Positions 10,106 to 19,260 of a stretch of 64,000 nucleotides of DNA are shown one piece after another. This stretch comes from Candidatus Eiseniibacteriota bacterium (lineage in GTDB: Bacteria; Eisenbacteria; RBG-16-71-46): NCBI GenBank assembly GCA_041483195.1, contig JBGPFC010000003.1:32001-96000 (forward strand), given 5' to 3'. The notes under the pieces were generated by a model. It was not told the DNA's origin. It made no database searches and saw only the letters and a program-made list of their open reading frames with translations. Positions within the stretch are counted from its first letter, which is position 1. Each line of letters begins with the position of its first letter. Both the position numbers and the translations under genes were made by a program.

Positions 10106-10291
10106 TCGGTCGGACAGGTTCGAAGCCGCCGAGGGGGACGCGTTCCTGGTTTTCGGCAGATCCCGGCAAGGGCTTGACCCGGAAGTCCGGGCACACGGCC
10201 GCCTTGCGCGCTCGGGCGAGGCCGCCGTGCGGAGCGGGGGGCACGGTCACGGCGGCGGGGCGGCGCACCACACCGCGAGCCCGAAGATACT

Positions 10292-11203
10292 CTAGGGCTC
10301 CGCTCCGCCGGCCGCCGCCGGCCACGGCGGTCGCGTGTCGCGAGCCGGCCAGCGGCGCACGTCGTAGAGCAGCACGCACGCCGCGGTGACGCCCAGGATC
10401 GGGAGCCAGCCCTGGGAATGCGCGATGAGATCGCTCACGTCGATCTGTTTGGGCGAAGCGCGATCCATCGTCTCCACCACCCACGGCACGAAATTGTTCA
10501 CGGCGTGGCAGAGCGTGGGGACGACCAGCGATCCACTCCGCAGATACAGCAGCGCCATCAGCACGCCGAACGACGTGGCGCCGAGCGCGCGCTCGCCGTG
10601 GAGCATCCCGAAGATCAGGCTCGAGAACAGGAGCCCGCGCCACATCCCCCATCGCGCCGCCATCCGATGGAAGATCACGCCGCGGAACACGAACTCCTCC
10701 GTCGCCGGCCCCAGCAGGACGAGCGTCGTGAACGCGATCGCGCGCGCGATCGGGCCGAGCCCGCGGCCGACGACGTCGACGACCGCGAGACGATCGAAGA
10801 TCTTCTGTGCGACCTCCGGCCATCGGGTCGCGACCAGGACGAGCAGCGTCACCGCGAGCGCCAGCTCGAAGACGAGATGAAGCACCGTGACGCCGAGGCC
10901 CTCGAGCGCGTGCGCGCCGCGCGGCAGGGGCCCGAACATGCGATGCGGGGCGGGGCCCGTCTCCGCGAGGCTTGACTCGACGTACGCCCACAGCGCGACC
11001 GCCGCGTAGAAACCGAACAGCGTGCCCTGCATGAGCAACCCCGAGCGCGCCGCGTCGTGCGAACGCGTCGCGAGGGTGGCGATCAGCGCGCCGGCCGCGG
11101 TCATCGGCACGACGAACAGCGGCAGCGACGTCAGGCGGTAGCGCAGGAACGGGTCGCCGGCCGGGGCGGATTCCGTATCGAGCGGCGGCGCGGGGATGGT
11201 CAT
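10292..11203 (-). CDS. CPBP (Abi/CAAX) intramembrane glutamic endopeptidase
   Basis: EEFVFRG, FGMLH and HAVNN motifs with multiple TM segments. Confidence 0.9.
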   Translation of the reverse strand: MTIPAPPLDTESAPAGDPFLRYRLTSLPLFVVPMTAAGALIATLATRSHDAARSGLLMQGTLFGFYAAVALWAYVESSLAETGPAPHRMFGPLPRGAHALEGLGVTVLHLVFELALAVTLLVLVATRWPEVAQKIFDRLAVVDVVGRGLGPIARAIAFTTLVLLGPATEEFVFRGVIFHRMAARWGMWRGLLFSSLIFGMLHGERALGATSFGVLMALLYLRSGSLVVPTLCHAVNNFVPWVVETMDRASPKQIDVSDLIAHSQGWLPILGVTAACVLLYDVRRWPARDTRPPWPAAAGGAEP

Positions 11204-11451
11204 GCGCGCATGCTAGCAAAGCGCGCGGGGCTCGACCCACAATCTGAAATGCGGAATCGCGCTGGTGCGGAAACCGGGCGGGCGTTAGCTTCCGCGACGT
11301 GCGGGCGGGCTCCCGTCCGCACTGCGGCCGCGGCAGGACGCCGCGGTGGCCGCCACGATTCAGGGCGTCCGAAGAGGTTGGCTTGGCCGCCCTCGAAACC
11401 CCTGGGACGTCGAATTCTTGGGCCGCCCCGAACGCAACACTCCCGGCCCAC

Positions 11452-13911
11452 ATGGAGTCCAGCCCTGCTTTGGACTTCAGCCGCGCACGCGATGTTCTGA
11501 TCTGGATTGTCGTCGCCGCGCTGGCATTCCGAGTCGCGCCAGTCGCGGCCCAAGCGGTGGACCCCTCATTCTGGGTGACGAACGGCTATGTTCTGTCGCT
11601 CGCGCGAAGTGCCAGCACACTCTACATAGGGGGCAGCTTCACGACCGTCGGGCCGCCGACCGGCGGGGGCGCCGCCTTGAGCGCAACCAGCGGCGAAGTG
11701 CTCCGGCCTTTCCCGAAGGTGGATGGGTCGGTTTACGCGACCATCCCGGACGGCACGGGCGGTTGGTACATCGGGGGCGCATTCACCTCGGTCGGAGGAC
11801 AGCCTCGCGCAAACATCGCCCATGTCCTCGCGGATGGGAGCGTCTCGGCATGGAATCCGGGCGCAAACTCCACGGTCCACGCCCTGGCCGCGAGCGGGGA
11901 CAGGGTCTACGCCGGAGGCGCGTTCTCCATCATCGGCGGGACCGGCCACGCCTCCCTTGCCGCCCTGGATGTGGCGGACGGAACTGCGGCCGCCTGGTAT
12001 CCGGACCCGAATGGCCTGGTCACCGCGCTGGCGGTGAGCGGGAGCACGGTCTACGCGGGCGGGTACTTCACCGGCATCGGCGGCCAGGCGCGGAACTGCG
12101 CCGCAGCGCTGGATGCGACGACCGGAGCCGCCACCGCCTGGAACCCGAACGCGAACGGCTGGGCCCCCTTTACCCGCGTCGGCGCCCTGTGGGTCAGCGG
12201 GAACACGGTTTATGTCGGCGGGTACTTCGCCGGCATCGGCGGGCAGGCACGCAACGGCCTCGCCGCGCTGGATGCCACGACCGGAACCGCCACCGCCTGG
12301 AACCCGAACCCAAACCCGGGCGGCGAGGTCGATGCGTTGCTGCTGAGCGGGAGCACGATCTACGTGGGCGGGGGCTTCAGCACCATCGGCGGGCAGACCC
12401 GCAATGGCATCGCCGCAATCGATGTCGCGACTGGAGCCCCCACCGCCTGGAATCCGGCTGCTGAGGGAGGCGTCTATGCTCTCGCGATGAGCGGCAGCAC
12501 GATCTACGCCGGCGGGACGTTTTGGAGCATCGGTGGGCAGGAACGCAACATCGTCGCCGCGCTGGATGCCACGACCGGAACCGCCACCGCCTGGAATGCG
12601 AACGCTGGCGGCGATGCTTACGCCTTCGGGTACGCGCTGGCCGTGAGCGAGAGCGCGGTGTACGTCGGCGGAAGCTTCAACACCATCGGCGGACAGGCAC
12701 GCAATTGCATCGCGGCTCTGGATGCCGCGACTGGAACCCTCACCGCATGGAACCCAAATCCGAATCTGCACGGCCTCGTCCAGGCCCTGTCTGTGGACGG
12801 GAGCACGGTCTACGCCGGCGGGCAATTCACCAGCATCGGCGGGCAGCCGCGCAACTGCATCGCCGCGCTGGATGTCGCGACCGGGGCGGCAACGCCCTGG
12901 AATCCGAACGCGGACTCGTACGTCACTGCTCTCGCGGTGAGCGGCAGCACGATCTACGCCGGCGGAAGTTTCGACACCATCGGCGGGCAGGCACGCAGCC
13001 GCATCGCAGCGCTGAATGCCTCCACCGGATTCGCGACCGCCTGGAACCCGAACGCGAACTCGGAGGTGAGCGCCCTGGCGGTGAGCGGGAGCACGGTCTA
13101 CGCGGGCGGATACTTCAGCTCCGTCAATGGACAACCGCACAGCGGCATCGCAGCTCTGGATGCCACCACCGGCATCGCGACCGCCTGGAACCCGAACGCG
13201 AACTCGGTCGTGAGCGCCCTGGCGGTGAGCGGGAGCACGGTGTACGCGGGCGGGTCCTTCAATTTCTTCGGTGGACAGCCGCCCAGCGAACTCGCCGCGT
13301 TCGATGCAGAAACCGGAACCGCCGCCGCCTGGAATCCGAACCCGGACAACGCCGTCTATGCCGTGGCAGTGAGCGGCACCACGGTCTATGCAGGCGGGGC
13401 CTTCCATTTCATGGGCGATTCGGCGCGCAGCTACCTCGCAGCCGTGGATGCGACGACCGGTGCCATCGCAGCGTGGATCCCGCGCGTGAACGAAGGTAGC
13501 TACGCTGCAGTCCGTGCGCTGGTGGTGAGTGGGAACACCGTGTACGCGGGCGGGCGATTCAATCGGATCGGCGGGCAGCTGCAGCCGAATCTGGCGGCGA
13601 TCAGGTTGGCCCCGACCGTCGATGTGCCGACGACTCCGGAGACGCACCCGCTCGCGCTGGCTCGCATCGTCCCCAACCCCGCGCGCTCGCTCACGCTGAT
13701 CCGGTTCACGTTGCCTGCGAATGGGATCGTGACGCTCGCGGTCTACGATCTCCAGGGCCGTCGCGTCGCTCTGCCCATCGACCGCGAGCGGCGGCAGGCG
13801 GGCGCACACGAGGTGGCGGTGCGCACGGCAGGCTGGCCGGCGGGCTGCTACTTCTGCCGGCTCGAAGCGGGGGGCGCGAGGGTGACGCGAAAGATGGTGG
13901 TGCTCGAATAG
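11452..13911 (+). CDS. Secreted repeat beta-propeller protein with C-terminal FlgD-Ig/T9SS-like domain
   Basis: Signal peptide ending VAPVAAQA, 14 copies of the Y[AIV]GGxF repeat, C-terminal PNPA...YDLQGRRVA...GCYFCRL...KMVVLE. Start approximate. Confidence 0.85.
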   Translation: MESSPALDFSRARDVLIWIVVAALAFRVAPVAAQAVDPSFWVTNGYVLSLARSASTLYIGGSFTTVGPPTGGGAALSATSGEVLRPFPKVDGSVYATIPDGTGGWYIGGAFTSVGGQPRANIAHVLADGSVSAWNPGANSTVHALAASGDRVYAGGAFSIIGGTGHASLAALDVADGTAAAWYPDPNGLVTALAVSGSTVYAGGYFTGIGGQARNCAAALDATTGAATAWNPNANGWAPFTRVGALWVSGNTVYVGGYFAGIGGQARNGLAALDATTGTATAWNPNPNPGGEVDALLLSGSTIYVGGGFSTIGGQTRNGIAAIDVATGAPTAWNPAAEGGVYALAMSGSTIYAGGTFWSIGGQERNIVAALDATTGTATAWNANAGGDAYAFGYALAVSESAVYVGGSFNTIGGQARNCIAALDAATGTLTAWNPNPNLHGLVQALSVDGSTVYAGGQFTSIGGQPRNCIAALDVATGAATPWNPNADSYVTALAVSGSTIYAGGSFDTIGGQARSRIAALNASTGFATAWNPNANSEVSALAVSGSTVYAGGYFSSVNGQPHSGIAALDATTGIATAWNPNANSVVSALAVSGSTVYAGGSFNFFGGQPPSELAAFDAETGTAAAWNPNPDNAVYAVAVSGTTVYAGGAFHFMGDSARSYLAAVDATTGAIAAWIPRVNEGSYAAVRALVVSGNTVYAGGRFNRIGGQLQPNLAAIRLAPTVDVPTTPETHPLALARIVPNPARSLTLIRFTLPANGIVTLAVYDLQGRRVALPIDRERRQAGAHEVAVRTAGWPAGCYFCRLEAGGARVTRKMVVLE
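11620..13600 (+). repeat. Intragenic tandem repeats of about 144-156 nt (48-52 aa propeller blades)
   Basis: Recurrent gcctggaacccgaacgcgaac and gtgagcgggagcacggtctacgc; the copies near 13030-13110 and 13175-13255 are near-identical. Confidence 0.85.
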
Positions 13912-14026
13912 CCCCGACGCGGCGCGGCTCCCCTCCACGCCGCGCCCACGCTTTCGATCCGAAACGCTTAACCGGGACCCGCCGCGCGAGCGGCGAGCCC
14001 CGGCTCACGGAAGACGCGCAAAGGCG

Positions 14027-14605
14027 TCAGCCCGCTTGCGCGAACTTGATCTCCACGTCCTGCCGGTCGCTCTCCGCGACGTGGAACAGCTCCGCCGCCT
14101 TGAGCGCGAGCCAGTTCGCCACGATCGCGTCCGGCATCTGCTGGATGCGCGTGTTGAACGTGGTCACGGTGTCGTTGTAGAACTCGCGGCGATCCGCGAT
14201 CTGGTTCTCCAGCTCGCTGATCCGCCCCTGCAGCATCACGAAGCTCTGATCGGCCTTGAGCGTCGGGTAGGCCTCGGCGACCGCGAAGAACTGGCCCAGC
14301 GCGCGGGTCAGCATGTTCTCGCCATCGGCGCGCTGCGCGACGCTGCGCGCGTTCGCCACCGCCCCGCGCGCCTCGCTCAGCTTGTCGAACACCGCGCGCT
14401 CGTGCTGCATGTAGCCCTCGCAGGTCTTGACCAGCTTCGGCAGCTCGTCGTGCCGCTGCTTGAGCAGCACGTCGATGTTGGCCCACGAGCGCCCGATGTT
14501 GTTCTTGATCGCGACCAGGCTGTTGTAGATCGACACGATGTAGCCCACCGTGCCGACCACGATGAAGCCGATCACGACGGTAACGAGAATTTCTCCAGGG
14601 TGCAT
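14027..14605 (-). CDS. lemA: LemA family protein
   Basis: N-terminal TM, YNSLV...WANIDVLLKQRHDELPKLV, AEAYPTLKAD, ENQIADRREFYNDTV. Confidence 0.95.
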   Translation of the reverse strand: MHPGEILVTVVIGFIVVGTVGYIVSIYNSLVAIKNNIGRSWANIDVLLKQRHDELPKLVKTCEGYMQHERAVFDKLSEARGAVANARSVAQRADGENMLTRALGQFFAVAEAYPTLKADQSFVMLQGRISELENQIADRREFYNDTVTTFNTRIQQMPDAIVANWLALKAAELFHVAESDRQDVEIKFAQAG

Positions 14606-14662
14606 CGCGAACCTCCCATCCTGGGTTTGACCGGCCGCCGGCGGCCGGGTCGTTGAGAACGC

Positions 14663-15460
14663 CTAGCCCGCCTTGAGCGCGTAGAGCCAGTAACCGAGTC
14701 CGAACAGCGTGGCGATCGGCCCGCCCACCAGCTTGAGCAGGGCCTGCGTGCCGAGCTGGAACGTGAGCATCCGCTCCGACTGCTCGCTGATGATGAACGT
14801 GGATTCGCCTTCGCCCTGCCGCACGATGGCGACCGCGTCGTCCTTCACCGCGCGGACGTGCTGCGCGCCGCCGCCGTCGGTGCCGGTCGCCGCGAACTCG
14901 TCGCCTTCCGCGATCGAGAGGACGCGCGAGCGCGGCGTCGCGGTGCCGAGCACGTAGATCGACTGCCCCGCATCGAGCATGCGCTCGCGGAAACGCATCG
15001 AGCCCATCTGCCACAGCAGGTGCCGGGGCCCGAGCGTCTTCATGTAGCTGGAGTAGGGCTCCGGGACGTTGATCCCGATGCACTCCTCGGAGACCCCGAA
15101 GTTGAGCGTGCAGCGCGCGCCCTTCGGATAGATCAGCGCGGATCCGGTCTCGTCGCGCAGGACGAAGGGATGGCCAGAGCTCTCGCGGTGCACCACCGAC
15201 CACGAGTTGTTCCGGCCCCGCGTCGAGATGTCGAGCTCCCAGTAGGCGCACGGCCGCGCCGAGAACGGCGCGGTGAGGATGCTGCGCGGCTCGACCGTGC
15301 CGCTGATCTCGACCAGCCCCATCGCCATCGAGCGGATGCGCGCGGTTGGCGTGTTCTGGATCAGGCGCTTGACCCGCAGGTCGCGGAATCCCTGCGCGAA
15401 GAGCCACGGCCCTGCCAGCAGCGAGAACCCCGCGAAGAACGAAACGTTGTCGAGCCTCAT
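14663..15460 (-). CDS. GIDE/BAM-domain-like protein with two terminal TM helices
   Basis: TM, then IQNTPTARIRSMAMGLVEISG...APFSARPCAYW...PFVLRDETG...RFRERML...IYVLG...FIIS, then TM. Confidence 0.75.
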   Translation of the reverse strand: MRLDNVSFFAGFSLLAGPWLFAQGFRDLRVKRLIQNTPTARIRSMAMGLVEISGTVEPRSILTAPFSARPCAYWELDISTRGRNNSWSVVHRESSGHPFVLRDETGSALIYPKGARCTLNFGVSEECIGINVPEPYSSYMKTLGPRHLLWQMGSMRFRERMLDAGQSIYVLGTATPRSRVLSIAEGDEFAATGTDGGGAQHVRAVKDDAVAIVRQGEGESTFIISEQSERMLTFQLGTQALLKLVGGPIATLFGLGYWLYALKAG

Positions 15461-15464
15461 GCCC

Positions 15465-16295
15465 TCACCTCGGTCCCAGCGACCGCAGGTAGTCCGCGGT
15501 ATGCGCGAAATACAGCATGCCCAGCAGGCTGAGCGTGGGCCCCAGCACCACGCCCGCCGTGCGGGCGCGCGCGATCGCGAGCCGCGCGGGATCGGGCGCG
15601 TGATCCGAGACCAGCAGGAAGTTCAGGTGTTCGCCCGAGTCGATCCGCAGCTCGGGTTCGGTCGATGCGCCCGCCGCGCTCGCGACGACGACCGCGTCGT
15701 CGGTGCCGGTGCGCGCCAGCTCGGTTTCGGCCACGACATCGTGCGCCCTGCCCATGCGCGCGTAGCCCACGACGTGACACCGCGTGCCCACGAGGAGCGC
15801 GCGCTCGGTGAGACGCAGCTTCGCTCCGGTGCGCCGCAGCCACAGCGCCTCCGGCACGCTCGCGAGCAGCGCGTCGAGATGCTGGGTGAGCGGCTCGTCC
15901 GCAGTCACGTCGCGGGTCGCCGTCTCGGCGAGGTCCCAGCGTGCGTGCGTGACGTGAACGCGTGCGGTCACGCCCTCCGCTCCAATCCGAAACGGGCGGT
16001 ACACCTCCGCCGCGCGCATGACCGGCGTGCCGATCCCGCGCACCTCGAGGCGAAAGCCCGCGCAGGGTTCGCCGGAGAGCGGAGAGAACAGCGGGCTCTC
16101 GAGCGACACCTCGCCCTGCACGTGAACGAATCCGGACAGCGTGTCTGCCAATGAGGATTCCTTCATGGAGGAGAGCAGTCGATTGAGACGCAGCGTCCGC
16201 AGCCCGTCGCTGAAAAGCGGCGCGCCGGCGGCCACTGCCGCCGCGGCGAACGACAGCCCCGCCGCCGACGGATAGAGGAAGAGTGGAAGGTCCAT
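15465..16295 (-). CDS. Second, divergent GIDE/BAM-like two-TM protein
   Basis: Same layout as its neighbour: GFVHVQGEV...SPLSGEPCAG...LRLTERAL...VVG...ARTGTDD...LLVSD...GPTLSLLG. Confidence 0.65.
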   Translation of the reverse strand: MDLPLFLYPSAAGLSFAAAAVAAGAPLFSDGLRTLRLNRLLSSMKESSLADTLSGFVHVQGEVSLESPLFSPLSGEPCAGFRLEVRGIGTPVMRAAEVYRPFRIGAEGVTARVHVTHARWDLAETATRDVTADEPLTQHLDALLASVPEALWLRRTGAKLRLTERALLVGTRCHVVGYARMGRAHDVVAETELARTGTDDAVVVASAAGASTEPELRIDSGEHLNFLLVSDHAPDPARLAIARARTAGVVLGPTLSLLGMLYFAHTADYLRSLGPR

Positions 16296-16414
16296 AGGCT
16301 CGGGGGGTTATCGGCGCGGAGTCCGGGCGAATGGAGTGGGAAGTTCGGAGTGGAACGCATGCCCATCGGCGCGGCGCGGGGGGCAAGCGTGGGCTTCCCC
16401 GCAGCGCGGGCGCT

Positions 16415-18604
16415 TCAGTCCACGCCCTGGGCCGCCGCCTGACTTCGGTGTCGCGCTTCGAGGAGATCCATCAGCGCAACGAAGCGCGGGTGGCTCCTCA
16501 GCGGATTCAGATTGCTGTCGTTCTGGAAATACCGCTGAGGGATGTTGCCTACCTCGACGCTCTTCTCGAGGTTGTCGAGCGCCTCGTCGATCCGGCCCGT
16601 CATCGCGAAGATGCACCCCGCGTTGTAGCGCGCCATGCAATCCCCGGGGTCGAGCCGCAGCGCCAGCTGGGTCCGTTCCAATCCCCGCTCGATCTCGCCG
16701 ATCGCGACCATGGCGTTGGCGCTCATGTAATACGCGCGGACATCGTCGGGACTTACCTTGAGGTGCTCGTCGGCATTGTTGATGGCGCGGCGGCGCATGA
16801 CCCGGGCGTCGGCCGCGCGTCCGAGATCGTCGTATACCTGGCCCAGCAGCGCGGCCACCTGGTAATCGTCGGGCCGGACCTCGGAGCCCCGCTCCAACAG
16901 CTGCGCCGCCTTTTCGAGATCTCCGTGCATGAACACTTCACGCGCATAGAAGAAGTCCGCCTCGTAGAGCCGTGGCTCCAGCTCCAGCGCGCGCTCGAAC
17001 GCGGCCACGGCCGCTTCGTGCCGGTCGAAGAGGCCGCAGGCGACGCCGTACGATACGTGGGCCTGAGCCAGCTCGGGGTCGAGCCGAAGCGCGGCCAAGC
17101 TCTCCTTCAGGGCCAGCTCGCGGTTCTGTTCGCTCGCATCGACATACATGTACACCAGGGACATGCAATCCGCGATGCCTGCGTGGGCCAGGGCATAGTT
17201 GGGATCGAGCGCGATGGCCTGGTCGAGCATCTTCCCGGCGAACGCGATTCCCCGCGCGCTGTGCTGGTAGAACATCTTCCGCCCGCGGAGATAGAACTCG
17301 TACGCTTCCGCAACGACCGTCGACACGCTGCGGATGGCGCGGCGCTCGCGCGGGCTCAACGTGAGCGCCAATGCCCGGACGACATTGTCCGCGATCTCGT
17401 CCTGGATCGAGAAGATGTCCTTCATCTCGCGATCGAAGCGCTCGGACCACAACGCGTAGCCGTCATCGACGTCCGTGAGCGTCACCGTGATCCGCAGCCG
17501 GTCACCCGCCTTCCGCACGCTGCCTGTGAGGAGCGTCTTCACTCCCAGCCGGCGGCCGACTTCGCGCAGCGCAATCGTCGTGTTGCGGAACTGGATTGCG
17601 GAGGTTCTGGGCACCACGTGCAGGTTTCGCACTTTGGTAAGCGCGTTGGCGATCTCCTCGGCGATGCCGTCGCAGAAATACTCTTCGTCCTTGAGCTGGC
17701 TCATGTCGGAGAACGGGAGCACTGCGATGGAGCCTTCGGAATCCGTCGCGACGCGCCGGGCGCGGTGTAACACCTCCAGCTCGGCATACAGCTCCCGCGC
17801 TGTTCCGAACCGGCGCGCAGGATCCTTCTCGAGACAGCAGCGGATCAGCCAGTCGAGATGAGCGGGGAGATCCGGCCGGAGCTGGGTCACGGGCACGGGG
17901 GCGTCCCTGAGGATCGCGGCCGCCAGTTCCATGGCACCCGCGCCCTCGAACGGCGTCCGGCCGGTCACCATCTCGTAGAACAGGGCACCGAGGGAGAAGA
18001 TGTCGGAGCGCTGATCGGACGGCAGTCCTCGGAGCTGTTCGGGCGACATGTAGTGAAGGGTGCCCGCGAGCCCCGGCCCTGCGCCCAGGGAAGCGGTCGG
18101 CGCGTCACTCGCGGGTTCGACCGGCGCGCCCGCCTCGTGCAGCGCCAGACCGAAGTCGAGGACCTTGATGCGCCCCGACTCCGTGATCATTACGTTCTGC
18201 GGCTTCAGATCGCGGTGCGTGATGCCATGTTCATGCGCCGCGATGATCCCCTCCACGATCGGGAGGGCGATCTCGAGAAAACGGGAGAACGGCATCCCCT
18301 CGGGTGGGATCAGACTCCTCAGCGTCCGGCCGGGGACCCACTCCATCGTGAGGAACTGAACGTCGCCCGCGCTCTCGACCGAGTAGATGGTCACGATCGC
18401 GGGGTGGTTGAGCACCGCGAGGGTCGTGGCCTCGTGCCTCAGCCGGGCGAGGCTCTCCGGCTGCGCTGCAAGATTGTCGCGGAGAACCTTGATCGCCACC
18501 GTGCGTCCGAGCGATCTGTCGAGCGCCTTCCACACGACGCCCATGCCGCCCTCGCCGACCCGTTCCAACAGACTGTAATGGGAAAGAACGTCGTCGACTT
18601 CCAT
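16415..18604 (-). CDS. Hanks-type Ser/Thr kinase with TolB-N-like and TPR domains
   Basis: GEGGMG, VAIK, HRDLKPQN, DFG, GTLHYMSPEQ; SIAVLPF domain; TPR helices. Confidence 0.93.
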   Translation of the reverse strand: MEVDDVLSHYSLLERVGEGGMGVVWKALDRSLGRTVAIKVLRDNLAAQPESLARLRHEATTLAVLNHPAIVTIYSVESAGDVQFLTMEWVPGRTLRSLIPPEGMPFSRFLEIALPIVEGIIAAHEHGITHRDLKPQNVMITESGRIKVLDFGLALHEAGAPVEPASDAPTASLGAGPGLAGTLHYMSPEQLRGLPSDQRSDIFSLGALFYEMVTGRTPFEGAGAMELAAAILRDAPVPVTQLRPDLPAHLDWLIRCCLEKDPARRFGTARELYAELEVLHRARRVATDSEGSIAVLPFSDMSQLKDEEYFCDGIAEEIANALTKVRNLHVVPRTSAIQFRNTTIALREVGRRLGVKTLLTGSVRKAGDRLRITVTLTDVDDGYALWSERFDREMKDIFSIQDEIADNVVRALALTLSPRERRAIRSVSTVVAEAYEFYLRGRKMFYQHSARGIAFAGKMLDQAIALDPNYALAHAGIADCMSLVYMYVDASEQNRELALKESLAALRLDPELAQAHVSYGVACGLFDRHEAAVAAFERALELEPRLYEADFFYAREVFMHGDLEKAAQLLERGSEVRPDDYQVAALLGQVYDDLGRAADARVMRRRAINNADEHLKVSPDDVRAYYMSANAMVAIGEIERGLERTQLALRLDPGDCMARYNAGCIFAMTGRIDEALDNLEKSVEVGNIPQRYFQNDSNLNPLRSHPRFVALMDLLEARHRSQAAAQGVD

Positions 18605-18916
18605 AGGCTCACCCGCGCTTCAGGTCCGTTCCGCCTCGATGCCCGCCGGGACCGGCCTGCCATTGAATCACCGGGAGTGCTGGTGCGGACGGACAGGTCA
18701 GCACTCCCTCGCGTGCCGCATGACGCCTGCGCAAGGAAGAACGATGGCACCCGGGGCCGCACGATTCAAGCCGGGTGCCGGACGGCGAGGGGCGCCGCGA
18801 TGGAGGGTCGTCTTTGCCTCGATCGTCGTGCTCCCCGCGCGCGGTGCTAGGGTTGCGCGGCCGCGCGTCCCGCGCAGCGGGCGCGGCCGGTTACGCCTCA
18901 TCCTCAGGAGGAACAC

Positions 18917-19231
18917 ATGCTGGTCTGTCAGTGGCATCTCGACATCGTCTTCGGGAAGCAGTCGGACGCGCTGCGCGTGATGCGCGCGTGGGGCAAGGAC
19001 AAGTTCGAGCACTCGGAATTTCGCCGCGCGAAGGGCGGGCGCGTGATGGTGGGCCACATCGGAGACTCGCCGTCGCACGTGGTGGACGAGTACTACTTCG
19101 AATCGCTCGCGGACTGGGAAGAAGCGATGAAGGGCATGGGCGGCGAGCGCTTCAAGCAGCACGCGGACGCGCTCGCGCCGTACGTGGTGGCGGGCTCGCA
19201 GCGGTGGGTGGTGTATCGGGTGGTGGAGTAG
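18917..19231 (+). CDS. Hypothetical 104 aa protein, probable dimeric alpha+beta barrel (NIPSNAP/ABM-like)
   Basis: AGGAGG RBS, coding-like codon usage, EYYFESLADWEEA pattern. Confidence 0.7.
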   Translation: MLVCQWHLDIVFGKQSDALRVMRAWGKDKFEHSEFRRAKGGRVMVGHIGDSPSHVVDEYYFESLADWEEAMKGMGGERFKQHADALAPYVVAGSQRWVVYRVVE

Positions 19232-19260
19232 CGGGGAGACGGAGCCCGCGCGACGGAAGA

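Noticed and set aside
11620..13600. Periodic DNA repeats as a possible CRISPR array
   Set aside because: Period of about 144-156 nt, in frame, degenerate at third codon positions; no unique spacers and no cas genes.
5340..13938. Long antisense ORFs (5340..7772, 7562..10177, 11566..13938)
   Set aside because: Mirror frames of lon, the histidine kinase and the propeller gene, expected at high GC; no motifs of their own.
18673..18708. CIRCE (HrcA) element
   Set aside because: Arms resemble GAGTGCT/AGCACTC but are in everted order with a 16 nt spacer instead of TTAGCACTC-N9-GAGTGCTAA.
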